Source: Phycisphaerae bacterium
GTDB taxonomy: Bacteria; Planctomycetota; Phycisphaerae; WQYP01
Reading direction: 5' to 3'
Assembly (NCBI GenBank): GCA_051955985.1
Contig: JBQCGD010000168.1
Coordinates: 6,777-70,776, forward strand
Length of the DNA stretch: 64,000 nucleotides
The translations under genes and the position numbers were made by a program. The notes under the pieces are model-generated. The model made no database searches. It was not told the DNA's origin and was given only the letters and a program-made list of their open reading frames with translations. Below are positions 30,784 through 40,253 of this stretch, piece after piece (position 1 is the first letter of the stretch; each line of letters starts with the position of its first letter).

Positions 30784-31029
30784 CACAGAAGAATTCCCAC
30801 TCACTGCACGTCGCGCTGCATTCACAAACTGGCGCGAACAGAGACACTGCACCCTTCGTTTCGGCGGATAAGCGGCTGCACTTGATGCGATCTCCCGCCG
30901 GGGCGGGAGCTGGCGTATCGCCATTTGTACCCAGGCGCTCCCTGGTCGTGGTCCGGTAACGGATTTGGAGACAGTTTGACGCAAAATGAACATTGCCAGC
31001 GAGGCCGCTCCTCCGCTGTAATCCCGGGC

Positions 31030-31860
31030 ATGATCAAGACTCGATTGCCTGCTGCCTGCTTCGTCGTTTCCCTCGCGATCGGCTGCTGGCCGACAAGGGG
31101 GCGTGCTGTTGAAGGAACGCCGGCGGCCACGGAACCGGTCCGGTTCCACGTTCTGGCGTTCTATAACGGCAACTTCGATGCGGCCCACGTCAACTTTGAT
31201 CACGAGGCGCTGCCCTGGTTTGAGAAAACGGGCCGGGAGGAGGGCTTCTCGTTTGCGGCGACGCGTGACTGGAAGCAGCTCAACGCGCACGATCTTGCCG
31301 ACGTGCAGGTTGTCCTGTTTCTCGACGGGGCACCCCAGACGACGGTGGAGCGTGCGGCGTTCCAAGGCTACATGGAACATGGCGGCGCGTGGATGGGGTT
31401 TCATGTCTGTGCGTTCACGATGAAGCCGGCGGAATGGCCGTGGTATTTTGAAACATTTCTGGGCTCGGGCGGGTTCCACAACAACACCTGGTGGCCGACG
31501 CGCGTGACGCTCAAGAACGAAGCGCCGGATCACCCGGCGATGGCGGGCGTGCCGGAGAAGTTCTCCTCGGCGGTATGCGAGTGGTATTCGTGGGAGAACG
31601 ACCTGGCGAGGAATCCGGACATCACGATCCTCGCCTCGATTGACCGGTCGTCGTTTCCGGTGGGGACGGATCCGCGGCAGTCGTGGTACCGGGGTTATTA
31701 CCCGATCCTCTGGACGAATAAAAAGTTCAAGATGGTCTACGCCAATTTCGGCCATAACTATATGGATTACAAAGCGAACGTGGGCAAGAGTTCCACGTTC
31801 TCCTCTCCCGAGCAGAACAGGTTCCTGATCAATTCGCTCCTTTGGCTCGGCAAGCGGTGA
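31030..31860 (+). CDS. ThuA-like (class I glutamine amidotransferase-like fold) secreted protein
   Basis: Signal peptide MIKTRLPAACFVVSLAIGCW. ThuA family conservation over about 250 aa (FHVLAFY...GGAWMGFH...WPT). The ORF track starts at 30925; the Met at 31030 is preferred. Confidence 0.6.
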   Translation: MIKTRLPAACFVVSLAIGCWPTRGRAVEGTPAATEPVRFHVLAFYNGNFDAAHVNFDHEALPWFEKTGREEGFSFAATRDWKQLNAHDLADVQVVLFLDGAPQTTVERAAFQGYMEHGGAWMGFHVCAFTMKPAEWPWYFETFLGSGGFHNNTWWPTRVTLKNEAPDHPAMAGVPEKFSSAVCEWYSWENDLARNPDITILASIDRSSFPVGTDPRQSWYRGYYPILWTNKKFKMVYANFGHNYMDYKANVGKSSTFSSPEQNRFLINSLLWLGKR

Positions 31861-32011
31861 GCCCGCTGAGGCCGGCAGGCAGTCTCCGGGGGAATCGGGG
31901 TGCGGCGCCTCATTCACGAAAAAACCAGGCAGGTGGCGCGCGGAACTTTCCTTTCGCCCGGGTATGATGCATAAGACCTGTTAACGCTGCATCTCAGAGG
32001 AAGTTACCCGC

Positions 32012-34738
32012 ATGAGCCCTGGCAAAATCATTGTGGCGGCAGTCCTGGTTCTCCTCGTGCTCGCCATCGGTGGGGGGGGCGTCTGGTACATCACGGTGCC
32101 GCACACGCCTGAGGCGCAGTTTGCATACGCCGAGAAACTCGAAAAGAAGCTGCGGGCCGATGCGCTTACGCAGACGCCTGCGCAACTGAAGCCGGCGATC
32201 GACGCGACTGACGAACAGTACCGCCGCGTGGGCACGCGTTTCGGGCGCAGCGACAAGGCGGCCCAGGGGCTTGTCCGCATCAGCAAGATCGATGAGGAAG
32301 TCGCCAAGGACCGGGCGCGGACGATGGCGGACCTGGACGAGTTGATGAAGCAGTACCCGGACGAGGCCAATGCGGGATACGCGCTGATGCAGGAAGCGCA
32401 CCTGCTGCGGCAGAATGCGGAGGATGTGAAGTCCCGCTCGCCGGACGAAGCCCCCGCGAAATTCCACGAAGCCATTGCGAAACTGACCGAGTACCGCACC
32501 AAATTTCCGACGGGGAAGCAGGCCGATGAAGCGCTGATGGAGATCGGGCGGATCTGGCAGGATGGGATCGGTCAGCCGCCGATCACGGCGATCCAGACGT
32601 TCGAGCAGTTCCTGAAGGACTATCCGCAGTCAGACCTGAAGCCGGAGGCAATGTTCCGCCTGGCTAAGCTGTATGAATCGATCCATGAGTATGGGCGGGC
32701 CTTGCAGTATTACACGCAACTGCAGGAAGAGTTTCCGAAGTACCGGGGGGATGAGGTGACCTTTGCACGGGCCAAGATCCTCGACGAGCAGATGAAGAAG
32801 CACGACGAGGCGGCGAAGGAGTTTGAAAGGATCCAGCGGGAATTTCCGGACAGCCCGCTTTCCGGCCAGGCGGCGGGGGAAGCACGCAAGGCGGGGGGCG
32901 AAGCGGCCGCGACGGAGGGGGAGAAGTACGGGAAGGGTCGTTACGGCGGGCAGATGCCGTACGACACGGTCCGGGACAAGCCGCTGCCGCCGGCGGGGAT
33001 GTTCCGCCAGTTTGCGGAACAGAAGCTCGATGCGCAGAAATACGACATGACGGTGACCTTCACGCCGGCGGAGCACCGGATCTCCGTGGTGGGGACGTTG
33101 GACCTGGTCAACCGCGGCGCCGACAAGAAGGAAATGCTCCTGATGGTCGGCGACGCTATGGAGTTCAATTCGCTGAAGGTCAACGGCACGGAGGTCAAAT
33201 ACACGCACAAGGCGCAGGCGCTAAAAATTGTGTTGCCCTCGGAACTCAAAAACGGCGCCGCGGCGACGGTGGCCTTCGATTACTCCGGCCAGTACGCGCC
33301 CCCGATGCCCGGGCCCGGCGGCGTTGAAACCGGTAAAGCCGGCACGACGCAACCGGCGGGAGTACCGACCGGAGAAATTGCCGGCCCTGCACCGGATCCC
33401 GGCGCGGCGCCTGACACCGCTCCGTCCACGAGTCCCAGGCCGATCAAACTGGCGGTGGATCCGCAGATGGGGCTCGGGGAATTCGGCTACGGGCTCTCCG
33501 GCGCGGCGTGGTACCCGGTGACGATCATCGGCGACGTGTTCGACGCCCACGTCATCATCAAAACGCCCGCAAATCTCGAAGCCGTGATGACCGGCGCCGT
33601 CATCAGGCGGGAAAAATCGACCGAGCCTGGGAAGGAAGGCCTTTTCGAGTTCCAGACCAAGACGCCCGTGTTCGGCCTGTACTTCGCGTATGGCCCGTAC
33701 GTGGTGCAGGAAAAGAAGGTCGGCGACATCCACTATTACACGTACTTCCGGCCGGAAAACGCCTCGAAGCACGATGCGTACATCGACGTCACGAATCGCA
33801 TCCTGACCTTCTACGGCAGCAAGTTCGTGCCGTTCCCCTACGAAAAGATGGCGATGGTCGAGACGCCGCTGCCGCCGATTCTCGGCGGTGTCGGCCCGGC
33901 GAGCCTGATGTTTCTTCACGAGAAAATGGTCGCCCACAAGGACGTGCCGGAAAACCTGCTGGCGCACGAGCTCGCGCACCAGTGGTTCGGGAACACCATT
34001 CCGATCAACATGGCGGACCCGGGATACAACCAGTGGCTGGCCGAGGGCTTTGCCACGTACTGCGATGCCCTGTACACCGAGAAGACGGAAGGGGAAGAGG
34101 CGTTCGTGAAGCACATGGAGCGTTACTCGCAGCTCTTCTTCCAGTTTGAGCTGATGGCGCCGCGCGGGCAGGGGGCGATCCGCGATACGTATCCGGATTC
34201 GCCGCTCTATCGCCCGGTGATCTATGAGAAGGGGGCGATCGTTCTGAACATGCTGCGGAAGCTGATGGGGGATGAGAAATTCTTTGACCTGATGCACCAG
34301 TACGTGGTGAAGTTCAAGGACAAGCCGACGACGGTGGACGATTTCCGGAAGCTGGCGAGCAGCATTTACGGGAAGGACCTTTCGTGGTTCTTCTCGCAGT
34401 GGATCGACCAGAACGTCTTTGCGCACTGGATTCCGAAGGCGGATATCGTCGACGCGAAGCCCGGGGAGCCGGTGAAGGTGAAGCTGACGGTCGATCAGCC
34501 GGACGATCTTGTGAAGATGCCGGTGGACATCACGCTGCTGGGATCGACGCCGAAGGAGCGCGAGGTGGTTCCGAACGTGATGGTGGATGAGAAGGAGCAG
34601 ACGGTCGACCTGACCGCCCCGTTCAAGCCGACGAAGATCATTCTGGATGAGAATTACTGGGTGCTGCATCGCCCGGGATCGGATAATATCTGGCCGCCCG
34701 AAAAAGTCGCCGCAAAGGACGAGCCGGCAGCCAAGTGA
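32012..34738 (+). CDS. Membrane-anchored M1 family zinc aminopeptidase with an N-terminal TPR/coiled helical region
   Basis: N-terminal TM. Gluzincin signature HELAHQWFGN followed by WLAEGFATY (HEXXH-18-E). GAGGAAG RBS upstream. Confidence 0.8.
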   Translation: MSPGKIIVAAVLVLLVLAIGGGGVWYITVPHTPEAQFAYAEKLEKKLRADALTQTPAQLKPAIDATDEQYRRVGTRFGRSDKAAQGLVRISKIDEEVAKDRARTMADLDELMKQYPDEANAGYALMQEAHLLRQNAEDVKSRSPDEAPAKFHEAIAKLTEYRTKFPTGKQADEALMEIGRIWQDGIGQPPITAIQTFEQFLKDYPQSDLKPEAMFRLAKLYESIHEYGRALQYYTQLQEEFPKYRGDEVTFARAKILDEQMKKHDEAAKEFERIQREFPDSPLSGQAAGEARKAGGEAAATEGEKYGKGRYGGQMPYDTVRDKPLPPAGMFRQFAEQKLDAQKYDMTVTFTPAEHRISVVGTLDLVNRGADKKEMLLMVGDAMEFNSLKVNGTEVKYTHKAQALKIVLPSELKNGAAATVAFDYSGQYAPPMPGPGGVETGKAGTTQPAGVPTGEIAGPAPDPGAAPDTAPSTSPRPIKLAVDPQMGLGEFGYGLSGAAWYPVTIIGDVFDAHVIIKTPANLEAVMTGAVIRREKSTEPGKEGLFEFQTKTPVFGLYFAYGPYVVQEKKVGDIHYYTYFRPENASKHDAYIDVTNRILTFYGSKFVPFPYEKMAMVETPLPPILGGVGPASLMFLHEKMVAHKDVPENLLAHELAHQWFGNTIPINMADPGYNQWLAEGFATYCDALYTEKTEGEEAFVKHMERYSQLFFQFELMAPRGQGAIRDTYPDSPLYRPVIYEKGAIVLNMLRKLMGDEKFFDLMHQYVVKFKDKPTTVDDFRKLASSIYGKDLSWFFSQWIDQNVFAHWIPKADIVDAKPGEPVKVKLTVDQPDDLVKMPVDITLLGSTPKEREVVPNVMVDEKEQTVDLTAPFKPTKIILDENYWVLHRPGSDNIWPPEKVAAKDEPAAK

Positions 34739-34888
34739 GGCGACGGACAACGTCAGAGAATTGCATCGGCAGGGAATCGGCGGTTTTTGCCGCCATGGGA
34801 GTGAACGAGCCGCGGGCGGCGACGTACAAAGCAGGGGGGGACGATTTGCGGTTGGCTGGACGATGGACGCGATGGCGAGAAGGGTTCT

Positions 34889-37411
34889 ATGCAGGTGAAG
34901 TTTCGGGCGAACGCCTGGCTGCGATTGTGGCTCCTCCTGATGCTCACGATGGTTTTCCTCGTGGGCGCGTCCCGGGAAGTTGCGGCGGCTTCCGGCGACC
35001 TCGTGCAGGGGGAGGTGGTTTCGCTGGGCATCGGGGGGATTAACGGCCTGGCGGGGAAGTATCGGCCGGGCGCGTGGGTGCCGGTCCGGGTGCGGCTCGA
35101 GAATCGTTCGGGAAAGCAACTCGCGGTGCGGCTGGGGGTGGAGCAGGTGGATCTCGACGGCGACAAGGTCCTCTCGCTGGGGCAGAAAATCATCCTGGAC
35201 ACGACGAATGTGGAGGGGCGCGATTCCTGGATCTACTATTGGCCGCGGCCGGACGATGAACTCCGCGGCGCCAGCTCGGTGGTGGTGCTTGATGAATCCG
35301 GGTCGCAGGTTCTGGCGACCATACCGGCGCCCGCCCCGAAGAGCGGCCTTTCCAACGTGGGCCTTCCGCAGCGCGACCCCGACAGCATGCAGGCGTGCCG
35401 GTGGGTGGTCGTGCTTGGCCCGCAATGGGCCGGGTGGGGGAGCTTCAATAAGTCGTATGGCGGCACGGAGGCGACGTGGGTTTCCTTCGTTGATCGTGCC
35501 GACGGACTTCCCGACAACGCGCTCGGACTTGATGGCGTGGATACGATCTTCTGGGAGGCGGACAAAATCCGCGTTTCCGACCTGCCGGCGGATTTTCAGC
35601 TCAAGGCGATCCTGGACTGGGTGCGTTCCGGCGGGCACCTGATTATCTCGGTTTCGACGCAGGCGCAGGAGTTCCTCAAGGGGGGCGACCACCTGGCGGA
35701 AGCGATGCCCATCACCTTCACGGGCTTGCGGGAAGTGGACCTCCGCGCCCTCGCCCCCCTGTTCGGCAACGAACTTCGGCTTTCCACCGCCAAAATCTCC
35801 CAAGCCACGGGCCAACTGCGCCCCGATGCCAAGATGGTCGCCAACACGAACATCGGGGCGTTCAATGACAATCCTCTCGCGGTGACCGGTACGTACGGCC
35901 GCGGAGCGGTCACGGTGCTCACCATCGACGCCTCGAATCCGGACCTGAACCAGGGCGTGGCGGAGGATCACAACTGGATGGGGTTCTGGAATCGGATCGT
36001 CGGCTGGCAGGGCCGCAACGATCAGATGATGAGCCAGAACGAGTACAACACCATCGTCGATGCGGCGAAAAAGAAGATCAATGCCAACAACGACACGTCG
36101 GTTCCCCCGCCGGTCACGATGCCTCCCAATGAAATCGATCTCGGGCATGATATTCCGCAGCAGATCGACGTCGCCGAATTCACCCACCTCGGCATCGCCG
36201 TGGCGGTGCTGTTTCTCGGGATTTACTGGCTCGCCGCCGGACCGATCGGGCACCTCGTCCTGCGGATGAACAAGGTCGTTCACTGGTCGTGGTGGATTTT
36301 TGGCGCGACGGTGATCGTGGCGACTTTTCTTGCCGGCGTGGTCGTCATGTTCGTCCACCTGACCAACTACGATCTCCGGCACAAAACCTATGTGCTCGGG
36401 ACGGTCAACTCGCAGGATGTCTCGGCGGTCGGCTACTACGGCGTGTTCGCGCCGGTGAACGGGAAGATCGAGGTCGATCAACCGGTTTCCGGCACGCCGG
36501 CGGATCCGATCGGCATCAACTATCTTGCGCCGCTGGATGTCGTCACGCCGGAGGGGGTGAAGCCGTTCGCCGATCCGCAGACGTATGACGTGGTTGACGA
36601 AACTCCCAACACGGTCGCACCCGTCTTCCGCAGCACGCTCAAGAAGCTCCAGGGCCGATGGACGGGGAAATTGCCCGGCATTGACGGCACCGCCGAATTC
36701 GTGGCCAGCGGCAACTGGGGCGCGACACTCCCCATCAAGGGCACCCTGACCAACCACACGGGATACGATCTGTACGACGTCGAACTCGTGATCCGCCGGC
36801 CTATGCAGGAAGCGCAGGCCCCGTGGCCGTCGTATCTCTTCCGTCCCGGCGACGGCAAATGGAAATCCGGAGAAGCGATCGACCTGGCCAAATCGCTGAC
36901 GCCGGAATTCAGAGGCACCACGCGGCTGCCCATCAATCTTGGCGAGCTCCTCAATTGGATGGCCCATTACCGCACCGGGAGCAACACCATCGGCGTGCAC
37001 ATGGGGCCGGGCCAGAGTGATCCATTCTTCAACAACGGCGACGCGGTAAACGCCGCCAAGAACGCGGATGATGAACTGGGGCTGGCACTTTTCAGCGCAC
37101 GGATACCCGATGCGTTGAATGACCAGGTGCGTGTGGAGCCGGCGCGCGAATTTGCCCGTGCCGCGGATGCGACCAAGCTTCTCAATGCCGCCGGCGCCGT
37201 GATCATCGCCCGCGCCGGCGACATCGCGCGGTCCGATTATGTCGCCTCGCCCGTTCCGATCACGGTGAACAACCGCCGGCTTCCCGGGAAAGGCGAAATC
37301 ACGTTCGTCTGGGCCCTGCCTCTGACCCACGTCACGGCCACGATCCAGGAAAATGCGATCCCGACCGGCAACGACTTCAACTCCCACTCCAAAAATGTGG
37401 AGAATCCATGA
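34889..37411 (+). CDS. 840-aa polytopic membrane protein: N-terminal TM, large extracytoplasmic domain with a GATase1-like motif, internal TM hairpin, second large domain. Tentatively a GldG-like ABC-transporter auxiliary component
   Basis: N-terminal TM LRLWLLLMLTMVFLV. Motif AILDWVRSGGHLIISVS. TM hairpin around residues 430-480 (GIAVAVLFLGIYWLAAG...WWIFGATVIVATFLAGVVVMFV). ATGA overlap with the downstream ABC ATPase. Homology assignment is from memory only. Confidence 0.45.
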   Translation: MQVKFRANAWLRLWLLLMLTMVFLVGASREVAAASGDLVQGEVVSLGIGGINGLAGKYRPGAWVPVRVRLENRSGKQLAVRLGVEQVDLDGDKVLSLGQKIILDTTNVEGRDSWIYYWPRPDDELRGASSVVVLDESGSQVLATIPAPAPKSGLSNVGLPQRDPDSMQACRWVVVLGPQWAGWGSFNKSYGGTEATWVSFVDRADGLPDNALGLDGVDTIFWEADKIRVSDLPADFQLKAILDWVRSGGHLIISVSTQAQEFLKGGDHLAEAMPITFTGLREVDLRALAPLFGNELRLSTAKISQATGQLRPDAKMVANTNIGAFNDNPLAVTGTYGRGAVTVLTIDASNPDLNQGVAEDHNWMGFWNRIVGWQGRNDQMMSQNEYNTIVDAAKKKINANNDTSVPPPVTMPPNEIDLGHDIPQQIDVAEFTHLGIAVAVLFLGIYWLAAGPIGHLVLRMNKVVHWSWWIFGATVIVATFLAGVVVMFVHLTNYDLRHKTYVLGTVNSQDVSAVGYYGVFAPVNGKIEVDQPVSGTPADPIGINYLAPLDVVTPEGVKPFADPQTYDVVDETPNTVAPVFRSTLKKLQGRWTGKLPGIDGTAEFVASGNWGATLPIKGTLTNHTGYDLYDVELVIRRPMQEAQAPWPSYLFRPGDGKWKSGEAIDLAKSLTPEFRGTTRLPINLGELLNWMAHYRTGSNTIGVHMGPGQSDPFFNNGDAVNAAKNADDELGLALFSARIPDALNDQVRVEPAREFARAADATKLLNAAGAVIIARAGDIARSDYVASPVPITVNNRRLPGKGEITFVWALPLTHVTATIQENAIPTGNDFNSHSKNVENP

Positions 37412-38355
37412 GCGTCAGCATCCAGACCATCAACCTCACCAAGCGCTACAACGTCGGCGGGAAGGTCCTCCTCGCCCTCAACAACCTTAATCTCACGATC
37501 GAGGATGGCGACTGCTTCGGCTTCATCGGCCCCAACGGCGCCGGGAAATCCACCACCATCAAGATCCTCGCCACGCTCCTCCAGCCCACCTGGGGCGAAG
37601 CACGCATCTGCAATTACGTCGTCGGCTACGAGTCCCGCAAGATCCGCCCGCTGATCGGCTACGTCCCCGATTCCTTCGGCGCCTACGAAGACATGGTCGT
37701 GCAGGAGTACCTCGAGTTCTTCTCCGCTGCTTACGACATCAACGGGCCGAAGCGCAAGCAAATCGTCGATGACGTGCTCAACCTCACCGACCTCGCCTAC
37801 AAGCGCGACGCCATGGTCGATTCGCTTTCCAAGGGGATGCAGCAGCGACTCTCCCTCGCGCGGGTGCTCCTCCACGATCCCCGCGTGCTCCTCCTTGACG
37901 AACCCGCCTCCGGGCTTGATCCCCGCGCCCGCATCGAAATCCGCGAGCTCCTCAAGGAGCTCAAAAAAATGGGCAAGACCATCCTCATCTCCTCGCACAT
38001 TCTTCCCGAACTGGCCGACCTGTGTAACAAGGTGGGCATCATCGAGCGTGGGGAACTGATCTTCGCGGGCACCGTCGAAGCGGCGGTCCGGAAAGCCTCC
38101 CTGGGCCAGGTCCTCCACGTCGCCGTCGCCGACCGCACCGCGGATGCCGCCAATCTTCTCCGCGCGACGCCTGGTATCGCCGGCGTGGCCATTGATGACG
38201 GCCTGATGCACGTGACGCTCAACTCCGACATCACCGACAATTCCTTCATCGCGCAGCGGCTTATCTCGGAAAACTACCGCCTGACGCTGCTGCGCGAAGA
38301 GGAAGTCAACCTCGAAACCGCCTTCATGCGGCTGACGAAAGGGGTGGTGCAGTAA
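37408..38355 (+). CDS. ABC transporter ATP-binding protein
   Basis: Walker A GPNGAGKST, ABC signature LSKGMQQR, Walker B LLLDEPASGLD, H-loop SSHIL. Confidence 0.9.
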   Translation: MSVSIQTINLTKRYNVGGKVLLALNNLNLTIEDGDCFGFIGPNGAGKSTTIKILATLLQPTWGEARICNYVVGYESRKIRPLIGYVPDSFGAYEDMVVQEYLEFFSAAYDINGPKRKQIVDDVLNLTDLAYKRDAMVDSLSKGMQQRLSLARVLLHDPRVLLLDEPASGLDPRARIEIRELLKELKKMGKTILISSHILPELADLCNKVGIIERGELIFAGTVEAAVRKASLGQVLHVAVADRTADAANLLRATPGIAGVAIDDGLMHVTLNSDITDNSFIAQRLISENYRLTLLREEEVNLETAFMRLTKGVVQ

Positions 38356-40179
38356 ATGGCCGCAGCCAACGACTTTCTCAAGCTCGCCCCGATGAACCCG
38401 ATCCTCCTGCGCGTCGTCACCGCGGGGGGCCGCCGGCTTCGCCACGCGTTCACCCGCTGGGGGTACCTGGGGCTTCTCATTTTTGTGCTGCTCATCGCGC
38501 TGGTGACGTCCACCGCCGGGCAGAAGTCCCTGTCCGACCTGGCCAAAGCCTCCTCGCAGGTTTTTTCCGCGATTTCCTACGTCCAGCTTGGCATGATCTG
38601 CCTGCTTGCCCCCGTGTTCTGCGCCGCCGCGATCACGCAGGAACGGGACTCCCGCACCTACAACATCCTGCTCGCCACGCCTCTCACCAATGCGCAGATC
38701 GTCCTGGGTTCCCTGTTCTCACGGCTTTATTACGTCGTCGCGCTGCTGCTGTCGGGCGCTCCCGTCTTCGCCATCACGCTGCTTTACGGCGGTGTCACGG
38801 CCGGCAACATCGTGCTCTCCTTTGCCATCGCCCTCTCCACCGCGCTGTTCACCGGTTGCCTCGCCATCGCGATTGCCGTGTTCCGCCTCGGTTCGGGCAA
38901 GACGGTCTTCTGGTTTTACGTCTTCAACGCGATCTACCTCATCGCCGTTTATCTGATCGATCAATTCTGGCTGAGCGTCGATCCGTTGACGGGCCTGCAT
39001 CACACCACGTGGCTCACCTCCATCCACCCGTTCCTCGCCCTGCAATCCGTCGTCAATTCCACCGCCTACCCCACGCCGGAGCTCTCCACCCTCGCCGGCA
39101 AGAACGCACTCGCCCGGTTCTACCTGCTCCATCCGGCCTATGCCTACATCACCCTCACGGTGCTCGCCAGCCTGCTGCTGGTTGTGCCTTCCGCCATCGT
39201 CCTGCGGAGAATCGCCCAGCGCTCGGAGGTCGGACTGTGGCCGTTCGTGCGGAACCTCGTGATGCGCGGCAGAGAATCGCGTGGCCGGCGGGCACGCACC
39301 GTCTGGAACAACCCCGTCGCCTGGCGGGAAGCGGCGACGCGGGCCGGTTTCTCCGGTCGCGGCATCGCCCGCTGGGTCACCATCCTGATCGGCGCCGCCG
39401 CCGCGGTGGCACTGCTGGTCTTCCATCACCGCGGCGATCTGGATGTCAATGACACCCGTCACGTGCTCATGGCCCTGGTGATCGTCGAATTTGCCGTCTC
39501 CCTCCTCGTCGCCACCAACACCTCCGCCGCCGCCGTCACCAAGGAACGTGAATCGCAGACCCTCGATCTCCTGCTCGTCACCCCCATCACCTCCCGCTAC
39601 TACATCTGGGGAAAACTCCGCGGCCTCGTCTCCTTCATGCTCCCGTTCGCCGCCGTCCCCACCATCACCATTGCCCTCGTCGTCTGCTACGACCTCCTCT
39701 TCACGCTGAAGTCCGGCGGCGAATGGGTTGTCTACCCTGAGAACATCGTCGCCATGCCCCTGCTGCTCACGGCGCTCCTCGCCTGGGCGTGCATGCTGGG
39801 GCTGCAGCTTTCGCTCAAGTGGTCCCGCACCATCGTGGCGGTCATGGCCTCCGTCGGCGTGCTTGCGGGCATCTGCGCAGTCCTCGGTGTGTGCGGCTTT
39901 ACGGCGGCCAAATCGATTCCCGTCGTCGGCGTCGCCATCGCCGCCTTCTCCCCCTTCACGGCCATCGCCGTCATGATCTGCCCCGCCGAGTATGCGCCCT
40001 CCGCCTTCAGCACGGCCGCGGGCACTGCCGCCGCGGCAGGCACATCGGACATGTCCGGCCGGGTGATCCTCTTTGCTTCAATCGTGCTCGCCTCGATCGC
40101 CTACTGCGCGATTGTGTACGCCATGTACAAATCGATGGTGAAGAACTTCGACATGATCATTCGCCGCCAGCACCAGTGA
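38356..40179 (+). CDS. ABC-2 type transporter permease, unusually large (607 aa, apparent duplicated membrane domain)
   Basis: Starts 1 nt after the ATPase stop. Hydrophobic throughout, with two clusters of about 6 TM helices separated by a charged loop (residues about 290-330). Confidence 0.7.
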   Translation: MAAANDFLKLAPMNPILLRVVTAGGRRLRHAFTRWGYLGLLIFVLLIALVTSTAGQKSLSDLAKASSQVFSAISYVQLGMICLLAPVFCAAAITQERDSRTYNILLATPLTNAQIVLGSLFSRLYYVVALLLSGAPVFAITLLYGGVTAGNIVLSFAIALSTALFTGCLAIAIAVFRLGSGKTVFWFYVFNAIYLIAVYLIDQFWLSVDPLTGLHHTTWLTSIHPFLALQSVVNSTAYPTPELSTLAGKNALARFYLLHPAYAYITLTVLASLLLVVPSAIVLRRIAQRSEVGLWPFVRNLVMRGRESRGRRARTVWNNPVAWREAATRAGFSGRGIARWVTILIGAAAAVALLVFHHRGDLDVNDTRHVLMALVIVEFAVSLLVATNTSAAAVTKERESQTLDLLLVTPITSRYYIWGKLRGLVSFMLPFAAVPTITIALVVCYDLLFTLKSGGEWVVYPENIVAMPLLLTALLAWACMLGLQLSLKWSRTIVAVMASVGVLAGICAVLGVCGFTAAKSIPVVGVAIAAFSPFTAIAVMICPAEYAPSAFSTAAGTAAAAGTSDMSGRVILFASIVLASIAYCAIVYAMYKSMVKNFDMIIRRQHQ

Positions 40180-40253
40180 TTCGCAGCCTCGAACGCAGCC
40201 ACAGCTGCCGCTCCAGGTTGACTCCCCGTGATTTCCATGAACAATCACGTGCC

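Noticed and set aside
30784-31917. N-terminal 378 aa of the 593-aa minus-strand track ORF (30136-31917)
   Set aside because: Only the last 215 aa (30136-30783) look like a real TM plus thioredoxin-fold protein. The upstream part is Arg-rich and is antisense to the ThuA-like gene, which has a good signal peptide and family motifs.
31963-31990. dif-like sequence ATGATGCATAA-GACCTG-TTAACGCTGCA in the ThuA/M1 intergenic region near the skew switch
   Set aside because: Only the left (XerC-like GCATAA) arm resembles known dif sites. The right arm does not match the conserved TTATGTTAAAT XerD arm.
33221-37387. 1388-aa minus-strand ORF spanning the M1 peptidase and GldG-like genes
   Set aside because: Arg/Pro/His-rich low-complexity translation with no domain signal. 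It is antisense to two well-supported + strand genes and is a stop-free artefact of the strongly C-rich strand.
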